From: Octopus sinensis
Taxonomy: Eukaryota
Direction of reading: 5' to 3'
Length of the DNA stretch: 64,000 nt
NCBI RefSeq assembly: GCF_006345805.1
Contig: NC_043004.1
Coordinates: 85,312,001-85,376,000 of the forward strand
Shown here: positions 42,451 through 53,710 of the stretch, in pieces
How the letters are laid out: each line of letters starts with the position of its first letter
Numbering within the stretch: the stretch's first letter is position 1
Position numbers and translations under genes: made by a program
The notes under the pieces: model-generated
Told to the model about the DNA's origin: nothing
Database searches by the model: none
Seen by the model: only the letters and a program-made list of their open reading frames with translations

Positions 42451-42684
42451 AGAGAGAGAAAGATCGCGGGGATCTATGATAGATCGCTAGTCACTCCACA
42501 TTCTTTATTTTCTCTCCTTGTTTCGTTCTGTGTTACTTTCTAGAGAAGAAAGGAAGAACGTAGGCTCAAAACTTCCCGTTAAACTAATACATCTGTTCCT
42601 TGTCTACACCACCTGACATCGTCTTTTGTTTTCTTGTTTTTTTTGTGAATTCTCCCTATATATATATGTATATATATATATATG

Positions 42685-42741
<57 letters not shown>

Positions 42742-43308
42742 ACTGCTTTTCATAGTTATATTGATTTTTATTTTTTATTTTATAATTCTATATTTCTATT
42801 TATTTTATATACACATACATATATATAATGTGCCTCTCTCTATATACATATATATATACTTACATATATAGATACATAGGTATATATATGTGATTATATA
42901 TGTAGGTATGCATGTATGTGGTTGTATGTATATATACATATATATACATATATATGTGTGTGTGTTTTTGTGTGTATATTAAGACACATTTTCATATACA
43001 GATATATATGCATATATATTTATATTTGTATGCGTGTATGCATTTATAAAGGGACAAAGAGGACACAACACACATACTTCGAAACATGAACAAAGATTTT
43101 TGACTGGAGGGGAACTTGCTTTATACATAAAATTCATATTTGCTTTTAAAATACTTAAAAGATATTGTGGTTATAATGAAGTATATTAAATTTTAAATAA
43201 ATCTGTTCCTTTCATCTTTGCATTTCTATTGGAAAATTTGAGACAACTCACAGTTGCCTTTGCTTCTATGCATTCTTACTTTCATTACTAATGTAAATAA
43301 CGAATGCC

Positions 43309-43386
43309 ATTATTATTATTATTATTATATTATTATTATTATTATTATTATTACTATTACTATCATTATTATTACTATTTTTATTA

Positions 43387-43417
<31 letters not shown>

Positions 43418-43428
43418 TATTATTATTA

Positions 43429-43486
<58 letters not shown>

Positions 43487-43523
43487 TACTATTATTATTA
43501 TTACTATTTTTATTATTATTATT
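43309..43523. repeat. Interrupted (TAA)n/(ATT)n array at the Dong 3' junction
   Basis: Direct reading. Confidence 0.95.
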
Positions 43524-43749
43524 CTATGTTTGACTTTTGCTTTATATTTGTACAAGTTGGCTCCAAGTCTCACCCAGAGACCTCAAGAGACAACAGGGTT
43601 GGAAGTTCATGTTGTTGTTATGCCTAGTGTGCCATATATTTGGGGGGTGGGGATGTTGTACTAATGAATGTCTAAAAAAAAAAAAAAAAAAAAATTTTTT
43701 TTTTTTTTTTTTTTTAAACCGAAAATTATGGTTGTTTTAAACCTTGAGG

Positions 43750-45596
43750 TTACATAGAGAGTATTTTGCGTAGGATATGAGCAGTTCCCATGAGCACTAT
43801 CTTTTGAACTTCTGCCATTTTTGGGTTTCCTGGTATCTGAGTTAGGTAGCTATCAGCCCCTTTTGCTATCATTCCCAGGGCACCTATGACAACAGGTATT
43901 GTTTTAGTCTTCAGCTTCCACATTTTGCTGATTTCTATTTCAAGATCTTTATATTTGCTCAGTTTTTGGTAGGTCCTGACAGATACGTTTATATCGATTG
44001 GGACAGTCATATCAATGAGGAGGCATGTTCTTTGTTTGAAGTCTTTCAATATGATGTCTGGCCTATTTGCATCTATCTTCCTGTCAGTTTGAATGGTGAA
44101 GTTCCAGAGGAGTGAGATGTGGTCATTTTCAAGCACTGGGGGTGGTTTGTGTCCCACCAGTTTTTTTCATGGGGCAAATCCAGGTTTTTACAGATTACCC
44201 AGTGAATATATTGTGTAGCTCTATCGTGCCTGTTGAGATACTCTGTAGGCGCTAGAAGACTGCACTTGGAGACCACATGGTCAATGGTTTCATTTTGTTG
44301 CTTGCATACACGACACGTTGGACTGCTTCTGATCTTTAATATGTTGGCCTGGTAGTTTCTTGTTGGTAGGCATTGATCTTGAGCTGCTATGATAAACCCC
44401 TCTGTTTCAGATTTTAAGCCAGAGGCCATTAGCCATTGATGGGTCAGGGCTTTGTCGATATCTGCATTATTCGCTCTCTTTGGGTATTTGCCATAGAGAG
44501 GTTTTTCTTGCCATTTATTATTCAGAATATCTAAGGCCGCAGTTTTGGCACGGGTTTTCATGCGCCTAGCTTTTTCTGTGCTTGTTTCTTGTATGTCTAT
44601 CTCTAATTCCGAAATTGGTTGTATTCGGAATTCACTTAGATATTCCTTTGCCTGTTTTGTGACTGAGTATGATGCTTTCTTGTTTTCATGTTTTGAGACA
44701 AGTTTTAACATCCAGTCCTCAGAGTTTTTCAGGTAGGTGTCTAGGCCAATTGTAGCAATCTTCATTGTTATTGCCAGTTGCAAAAGACCACGGCCTCCCT
44801 CTTTTCTTGGCAGATAGAGTCGTTCTGTATCTGCCTTAGGGTGGTGCATTCTATGCATTGTCAACAGTTTCCTTATTTTTCTGTCGAGCTGACATATTTC
44901 AGTAATTGACCAGTTAACAATATTGAAACTGTAAGTCACGACTGGTATAGCTAATGCATTGATTGCTTCGATCCTGTTTCTTGCATTCAGCTCTGTCTTG
45001 AGTATTGCTCTCACTCTTCGATAGCATTCTCTCCTGATCCTTTCCTTCATCTCTGAATGCCTTATTCCGTTCCCTTCAATTACCCCTAGGTACTTGTAGC
45101 TCTCCGCTGGGTCTAGTTCTTTTATGACATTCTGTTGGTCAAGGTTAACGTTAGATGTTTCTGTCATTTTTCCTTTGATAAAGGTAGCCTTTGCACATTT
45201 ATCGAGGCCGAATTGCATTCTGATGTCGTCACTGAATTGTTTGACTATCGCTAGTAAGCCCTTGAGTTGTTGATCATTTTTTGCAAAAAGCTTTAAATCA
45301 TCCATGTAAACGAGATGATTTATATTTTTATCAAACATTTTATACCCGTACTGCGCGTCATTGAGCAGCTTTGAGAGAGGTATTAAGGATAAACAAAAGA
45401 GGAGTGGTGACAGTGAGTCACCCTGGAAAATGCCACACGAAATTTTTACATCACCAGCATTTAGGGATTCACTGTCACTGTTCAGAGTTAGTGTGGTTCT
45501 CCATGATCTCATACTTACAGTCAAGAAGTTTCGCAGAGTTGGTGCTATCTTATACATTTCAAGGCATTTCCTAATCCAGCTATGTGGTAGGCTATC
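43750..45596 (-). pseudogene. R4/Dong ORF (partial RT, zinc finger, RLE), one frameshift near 44155
   Basis: DSLPHSWI, GIFQGDSLSPLLF, YMDDLKLF, FGLDKC, YKYLG, RLYLPRKEGGRGL, CRVCKQQNETIDHVVSKC, RHD, NRPDII, LIDMTVP, KLSKYKDL. Confidence 0.9.
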
Positions 45597-45712
45597 AAAA
45601 TCCTAATCCAGCTATGTGGTAGGCTATCTCCTAATCCAGCTATGTGGTAGGCTATCTCCTAATCCAGCTATGTGGTAGGCTATCTCCTAATCCAGCTATG
45701 TGGTAGGCTATC
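45569..45712. repeat. Five copies of a 28-bp unit at the LINE 5' junction
   Basis: tcctaatccagctatgtggtaggctatc at 45569, 45601, 45629, 45657 and 45685; aaaa between the first two copies. Confidence 0.95.
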
Positions 45713-45749
<37 letters not shown>

Positions 45750-45802
45750 CATTATTATTATTATTATTACTATTACTATTATTATTATTACTATTTTTAT
45801 TA

Positions 45803-45866
<64 letters not shown>

Positions 45867-45895
45867 TGTTACTATTATTATTATTACTATTTTTA

Positions 45896-45940
<45 letters not shown>

Positions 45941-46077
45941 CTATTACTATTATTATTATTACTATTTTTATTATTATATTATTATTATTATCATTATTAT
46001 TATTATTATTACTATTTTTATTATTATATTATATATTATTATCATTATTATTATTATTATTATCATTATTATTATTA

Positions 46078-46121
<44 letters not shown>
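45713..46121. repeat. Interrupted (TAA)n/(ATT)n array with higher-order pattern
   Basis: Direct reading; recurring actattact(att)4actattttt motif. Confidence 0.95.
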
Positions 46122-46124
<3 letters not shown>

Positions 46125-47455
46125 TAGTTTACGCAAATATTTGTTATATTATTGATTCATTGAAATACTTAATGTTTGTTGCCCTCTCTAACAATTATAT
46201 ATATATATATATGAAGGAACATGTCTTAGTGTCTACGGTAATCGACCCACATGCATGAGGTCGTGAGTTTTATTTCTTGAAGACACTTTATTTCACGCTG
46301 CCTTGGTCCAATCAGTTACCACAAAGGATTTGTACGTTCCTTTTGCTTTCATTTCATTTATAATATTCTCCATTTCTCCTGTAACGTAAATATTTTTTTC
46401 ATCTTTTGATAATTTAGTTGTCAATCATGAATTGTGTTTAACACAGATATAACAATGTTTCGTTTATTTTTAATGAGAAGCCTGTACTTATTAAGCTGAA
46501 CTCCCGTACACTTATGTTTGAAGTCTTCACAATAGTACATCTTACCTTTTTATTTATTGAAATGTGTATAATTATAAGATGATAATTTGCTGATATGAAA
46601 CGGAATCAATGGCTATTTTGAGCAGAATTTGCTGATACAACTATGAAAGCAATGATTTCTTTCTTGCAACATAAATATTTACACATTATACGTAAGCAAA
46701 TGCCAAGATAGGTGGAGTATACTTGTAAAGTGGTAATTCCGATCGCTGGTGCCCAATATTTATATTACTAGAATCCTAGTTTTATTTCCATGAGTTTTCT
46801 CGTGAAACCCAGCAAGTTAAAGGGGTCGTCTAGTCAGCAAAATTTCAGGTCTGCTCAAGTAACAGCGACATATTATTGTACTCTTTCGCAACGTGTACGA
46901 AGCCCCGAAGCTGGAAACTAATATATTTGATACTTTGTTTAGTTCACCTACAGTTGCTTTCTCTTGATATCATTTATAAATTCGAAAACCTGGAGTTCTT
47001 GGGTCATATCAGTTGTGGCAATATATTATTGTATCAGGTTTTTTCATAATAGTCTCGAGCTTTGGCTTATTACCAGCAATTTTAGGGTGCGTGTCGTAAG
47101 CCGATATCAATCAGTGTGCGAGATTGATTTTGCTTTCTTCCCTTTCAAAGTCAGTAAAATAAATATCTACAAGGGAATAGGGATGATGTAATCGGCTCAT
47201 CGAAACTTTTGCATTACCTGATCGATAACGTATAAGGGGCGGTGCAAGTATATTCCAAGGGTTCTCCATGTTTTCCGTATGTTTTCTTCTAATCCACCTG
47301 TCTCAATTTTATTACACATCTAGTACAGTTCACACACATGCACGTACACAAAATACACATACACACACACATACACACACTACAACAGAGGTAACAACAA
47401 ACAAAGCGTCAGCTTTATTACTGCTAAACTTGTCTCTTTTTCTGTGTATCGTGGA

Positions 47456-47867
47456 CTACCACTATGACCCGGCGTTGCCGGGTCTAGTTCTAGTGCTCGT
47501 TGTTCGTTGCTAGGTCACAGTAAAAATTTCTCACTAAATCAAGAGTTAAGTTTTTTATCACATTTTATCCCGGGCCAGTTTTGTTGTTTATGAGCTAGTT
47601 GGAGCTTTTTATGAGAGTAATTAATATTCATTGGATTTCGGCAATACCCATATGCCCTTAACTTATGGGCATAAGGGGTCAGTTTATCGATTTTTTAAAT
47701 GGCTTTCTGGGGTGACTGGAGAAATAAAAAGATCTTCACGACCACCCTCAGACAGTTTTGAAAGCCCATAGAAAGTGCGTGCCTTTTACGTGAAAAACTG
47801 TGGATTTGTATAAAGGACAGACAGACACACAGACACATAGACATTTTTTCGCTTATAGATATAGAGA
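47456..47867 (-). mobile_element. Non-autonomous Helitron, different internal sequence
   Basis: On minus: A|TCTCTATATCTATAA 5' end; 3' hairpin gacccgg-caacg-ccgggtc then GTAG|T (CTAG variant). Confidence 0.6.
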
Positions 47868-48491
47868 TTGTAGTGTTGGGGTAGGAGTGTCTGCCTCTAA
47901 ACCTTACATATTTTCTCGTATCTTGCTCAAAACATCAGGTCGATAGATCCCTAGTATTAAAAGTGTTAAATATCGAATATTTATTTTTGAATACGTCAAC
48001 AAAAACCGTGCCTACCTGCATTTAACACAGCAAATTAAAACTCGGAGCTCTGCATTCTATGCCCTCGTAACACATCTAATTATTGTATGTTTTCATTAAA
48101 AAAAACGTCAACCAAGCATGGTCATGCGAGATTATTCGCTTATGCATCAATTTAGTTAGTCAGGTTCAGTTTTTCCGAATACCTACTAAGATGGTCCAAA
48201 CCAGAAATATATTTGTGTCTAAAAATTAACTTGACGTGCGAGCGAATTTCATTCCTATTGTGAAAGTTATTGTTCTTCTTGAAGATGATAATGTTACTAT
48301 TAATACTTTCGCTTTCATTTTGTGTTTCAATGATAACAGTCTCCATAGAATATTTTTCTCATTTATCAATCCCTGCGTGTTGGTGCATTTGAAGTTATTA
48401 ATTAATCAGAATTTCTTGTTATTTTTGTAAAACTGAGTTTACTTGCTTTTGATAGTTAGTGTTGGGAGAAATTTATTTTAATATATGTATA

Positions 48492-48552
<61 letters not shown>

Positions 48553-50639
48553 TGTGTGTGTGTGTGTGTGTGTGTTATTGTATGCGCTCTTTTGCTATAA
48601 TCTATGACACATTGAAAAAGAATGTGTTTAGAAAAACAAAATTAAGCTATTCTCTCTATGTTGGAAAAATATTCCAAGGGACACCATTTTAAAAGAAACA
48701 TAATTCCCCCAAACAAATAGCTTCCATTCAATAACAGTGCAATCAAAATCCAAATCTTGGGTTCCGGCGAAAGTAATTGTTGCCAGAAGGGAGAAAATAA
48801 AAGGAAGCAGGGACGACGATGATTTCGACGAGAACAACAACAATAACAACAACAATAATCATAATAATAATAATAATAATAATAATTAGTAGTAGTAGTA
48901 GTAGTAGTAGTAGTAGAGGAATTATGTGTTAAGAGGATTTGTACGATTCAGGCTACGTATACAATTATATTGTTATACCATTGCTACACTGTAAAAATAA
49001 AGAAAACCTCAAGCAAGGGAGTGATCGTTTCTTTTCGTAATTATAAAATGGTTTAAGAAGCATTTTAATGATTTTCGCTGAAAGTTAATTGTTTAATATT
49101 CGTGTACAACACAGAAGTGTAAGCGATGTGAGGGAGCGAGTGTTAAATCAACACCAAAATATGAGAAACAAAATCAATGAATTCAATCTGTTAAAACAGG
49201 ATTTTCCACAAAATACCTGGGAAAAACAGCTTGTAAATCTCATATTTTCAGAAAGAAATATATATGGGTCAGACAAAAGTTTGAATCAGTATTTATTCGA
49301 CGATCAGCATTTGCTTAAACAAACCGGCATATATGGAAGTAAAAGGTTAATTTGATGTATGTTATATACTTTTGTATGGTACACGATATTCTTCTCACCC
49401 GTGTACACGTCCTTTTTTTTATATTCGAAAAGAAAGTAGGTTAGATCTCAAAGTAACATTTGATCCCAGTAGATCTCATTTGACAAGATACATTCTAAAA
49501 CGTAAAAACAGATATTTAGAAATAGAAATGGTGTACACGATGAGAGTGAAAAAAAAAAGACGAAAGAAATTGGACAAAATCATATACTATAGAACAAATC
49601 GTGAAACTGATATATTGCATTAAATATATCTATTAAGAAAATAAATGACGTGCAAAGAATAAATTCAAATATACAGTTAAAAATGAAATTCAATCAGAGA
49701 TGGGGATTAGCAACTAACAAACGCTAAAGCAGAATTACACGAACTAATATAGGAAGACAGCTGAATATGAGAAAAGTGTAAGGTCAGAAAGGTCTAAAGC
49801 TGAAAATATTGAACATGACAATAGCTAAAATAATTGAAGAAATAAAATCTATATAAATTCCTATGGACCAAGAAAAGACATCGCCGAAGTTAATACTTAA
49901 TGACAAATATTATAATAATAATAAAGAAGCGCTAGACGTCCTATCGTGTACATAGTGTGAAGGCTGTGAATGTCTATTGTACAGAAATAAATCAGCTATT
50001 ATATAGAACACACGGTGTAGTCAGAAGGGAAATTGTGTTAGTCTACAATATTTCTTTTGTAATAAGATTTAAACTCGAGCAACGTAGAAAACCAACATAA
50101 ATGTGGACATTAAAAGGAAATGTCACTCAATCATTATTGAGATCAACAAAAAATACAAATGACACATGAAAAGACAGGCAACTACTGCAAAATAACATCA
50201 ATGGAAATACCTGAAATCAAACAATGTCTAAAATAAGAGACTGCAGTTAAATTGCGAAGAATATATATATTTATTATATTAGTGATACTTCGATGAACAA
50301 AACAAATAATTGGCCACTAACCAAAAACAATTTTCGTTAAGAACAAGATAAAAACAAAATCGAAACCAATACAGTGCCAACAGCAAAGGAAGTAGAACTT
50401 TTAAATGTGGAAGCAAAAAACGACGGAAACATCGGAAACAGCGAATTCGGGATCAAAAACAGTCGGTTCATAAGAAGAAATAACAAAAACGAGAATAACC
50501 TGAATATTCTAAACTATTATCTAATATGTGATCAATACATCTTCTACCAAAGATATAGAAGCGGTTCATAAAAGCCATAATGTGCGTTCTATGATGATGT
50601 TACATGCTAGAAATAGCATAACAGAAACTGACAAATATA

Positions 50640-50760
50640 TACAAGTGAAGGGACTCAACTTTTACAAATGTGGGTAATAATGACTGACAGCATCAAGACA
50701 GTCCCAGTTGACAAAGGAGACCTTGATATGATATCACGGAAACTCAAAAGGCTGCTTGTA
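50640..50760 (+). pseudogene. Possible Penelope N-terminal relic
   Basis: VKGLNF and IKTVPVDKG resemble the PLE KGLNF and PADKG motifs but are abnormally close together; flanks are A-rich and decayed. Confidence 0.3.
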
Positions 50761-50986
50761 GGTATAGATTTTGAAACACTCATCGTTCCCTTCAAGTAAG
50801 AAATAACATGGATATTCTAAATCCTTATCTAATTTGTTGTCAATGCATCATATCACAGGTCACAAAAGCCTATAACGAAAGATGTATAATGTTGCTCTAT
50901 GCGAAAAGTCACAGAGAAATTTTCATGAATGACGCTGAAAAAAATAAACAAGTAGTAATTTCAAGATTGTACGAATGTTGGTAATA

Positions 50987-51127
50987 TTAGGTTATCCCAA
51001 AAGTTCGTAAACACTTGCGAAAATTGAATTTTTACTCGCCAAGTACTAACAAAAACAACAAAAATTATTCCTCAAAATAAAGACCATTATTTTCCAAGAC
51101 TTTCTACGAACATTTGGGACAACCTTA
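50987..51127. mobile_element. Mariner-type MITE, 141 bp, TA TSD
   Basis: TA|ttaggttatcccaaaagttcgta ... tacgaacatttgggacaacctta|TA. Confidence 0.75.
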
Positions 51128-51882
51128 TATTACCAAACAATATCATAACATAAAGGAGACCATGGATTAATAACACAGAATTCGAAAGCTTAACGTGTGG
51201 AAATAGATTTCGAAACACGAATTGTTGCTCTGTTTATATAATCGGAAAAGCGAAGTCTACCTAATTTCTTTTATGTGAAAATCGTTACACTTATGTCTTA
51301 GAGCATTATCTGTTACATAAATGAATTTGAAATATACAATTCCATAGTGGGGATGAACACATATTGAAGAATTTGACTTGAGTTTACCTCCATTATTTTA
51401 AGGTGAGAAATAAAACTAGCAATGACAGTCGATTGCAATAAATTACCCGACAATGTTTAATATTTTACACAAAATGTCGGATGGAAACATGACATCCATC
51501 ACCCTGTAATAAAAAAAAAAATTAAACGAGTGAAGACTGATATAAACAAATAAATTTCCAGATGATTAGTGACATGTATCCTATTAGTCACCAACATTAT
51601 TATCCCACGAAGCATATGCCCACCCCCAAAAAATATAACAATCCAATCGAAAATATAATATAACTCATGTTTATATATGGATATGAATTTCTGTTGCTGT
51701 AATTCTTTATTTGGCACCTAGGCCATAACATAGAGGAGGAGAGTACAAGGACAGACAGAACACCACAATGGGGAAAAACATAAATGGAATGGAAAATGAA
51801 AGATGTTTAAGAATAATAAAAGTAATGATGATGAAATGGTTGCATTGAGACCCACCCTCAAGCAGTATTATTTAGCAGTTAA

Positions 51883-52113
51883 GGCGGCGAGCTGACAGAA
51901 ACGTTAGCACACCGGGCGAAATCCGTAGCCGTATTTCGTCTGCCGTTACGTTCTGAGTTCAAATTCCGCCAAGGTCGACTTTGCCTTTCATCATTTCGGG
52001 GTCGATAAATTAAGTACCAGTTACGCACTGGGGTCGGTGTAATCGACTTAATCCATTTGTCTGTCGTTGTTTGTACCTTCTGTGTTTAGCCCCCTGTCGG
52101 TAGTAAAGAAATA
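51883..52113 (+). mobile_element. Full-length Nin/Deu-like SINE with perfect 19-bp TSD
   Basis: agtattatttagcagttaa at 51864-51882 and 52114-52132. Confidence 0.92.
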
Positions 52114-52139
52114 AGTATTATTTAGCAGTTAAATTATAC

Positions 52140-53030
52140 AAATTAACAAATATTTCTTACTCTTTTTAGTATCGCTTTTTTTTTATCCTGAAAGTCTATT
52201 TTTTCTCTTTTTAAATTAATTTACTCTTTTTAACAATTCATTAAGTGTTTCAAATCTTCAAACTCCACGACCGGTAGTAATTCGTCGATTTCAATTTCTA
52301 CCCATAACGGGTCTATACTGCTTCTGAACAGTTCTTTCATTTTCTCATGTCTCTCCTTGTCAGTAATTATTCCCTTGGTCTTTTGTGGCAACATTACTCT
52401 TATAATCGATTTAAATTACATGATCTTCCGCTCGATTGCTGTACTTTGGCATATGTGACCACATGCTACTTTTTTCTCTTTTGAACATATGTCTGCTTCA
52501 GCGACGGACCTGGGCTGTCCGAGCGGGTCATTCCACTTTCGCTCCTTTCTTGATGCACCAAAATAAACGTCAATATCAAAGACTTCCACATCGTGCTGTA
52601 ATGATGTTTACCCTTCCACTCTACCATCCATTGTTGATTCTGCTGGTGTCTCGAACATATTCCTTTTCTCTTCCATCTCAATCTCCTTCATTTTTCTGGT
52701 TCTCTCGGTGGAGGGCTCAACCATTTCTTCATTTTCCTTCTATTCACGACCATGAATTATTCCTCCACTCTATCTCTCTTTCCGGCACCACCCCTTAAGT
52801 ACTCTGTTGTTTCTGCTCCTCCACTTTGTTTTCTTTCTGGGGGCAACTTGTCTTCAAGTGCCCGCTTTTAACCCCATATGTAACATGTTGGTGGTCTGCC
52901 TTCTACCACTACTCGTAGTCTGATGTCTTCTGGGGGAATGATCGCATCTGTGATCATGTACAATTCCTTTAGGCTCACTTCTATGGCCGGAATTTCTATT
53001 GCTGACCAACAAAAAGGACCCTGTTGGCAA
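52140..53030 (-). pseudogene. Decayed LINE ORF1 (gag knuckle) relic
   Basis: LRVVVEGRPPT-CYIW-G*SG-H-LKTS-C-PQ at 52843-52915, followed by an E/K-rich linker; an atagacccg motif is shared with 3224. Confidence 0.65.
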
Positions 53031-53710
53031 TTATAAATTGTACGCATAAAATGGTTTGATTAATACAACTCATTCTGTGTCCTTCAATTAAATTTTTCGA
53101 TGTAGATATATTTCTTTCTAGACACTTTACCGTGTTGGGTTAATATCCTTCAGATAATATGCAATTGTTGATTAGTTTAAATTAAAAGTTTTATGTTACT
53201 GACATTCATCATATGCTGGCAACAGAAGATATTGATATGTTAGCTGAAAGAAGAGGAATAATGGAGTGCGTTGAGACACTATTAAGAATATTTTGTTTTA
53301 AAATATTTTGCTTCCGTACATCTGATAAATTGGAATAGCTATATCATTGCTAATAATATAATTGTTACGTAAACAATTAAAGATGAAGCAAAAAGATCGT
53401 ATGGCTCCTTAGTAATATATCTGAATTAATTACCAAGATATAATGTAAGATAAAGCTGATACTGCTTAAGAGAAGTAGAAGAGAAGGTTTCGACCGTCGC
53501 ATGTATGCTTTGAGAGATTTGCCCCGATACTGTATAAGTTTAAATCTAATGGGTGTTCAGCTTTGTCTTTCAGGGACGGTAAATTTGAGCAACTGTCATC
53601 TAATGGAATGGATGCTATCGGTAAGCTCCCCACCTTAAATTTATTGGATTGGGTGTAAATCAGAAAGCATTATTATTTAACTCTAACGTTGTTGATTGGC
53701 AGAAACGTTG

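Larger units (their letters stand above)
43524..45712 (-). mobile_element. 5'-truncated R4/Dong-clade LINE (RT + restriction-like endonuclease) in (TAA)n
   Basis: RT motifs, CCHC finger and PD..D..K endonuclease; about 225 bp 3'UTR; (ATT)n on both sides. Confidence 0.9.

Noticed and set aside
45569-45712. 28-bp repeats as a CRISPR array
   Set aside because: No unique spacers, the unit is LINE RT coding sequence, and the context is eukaryotic.
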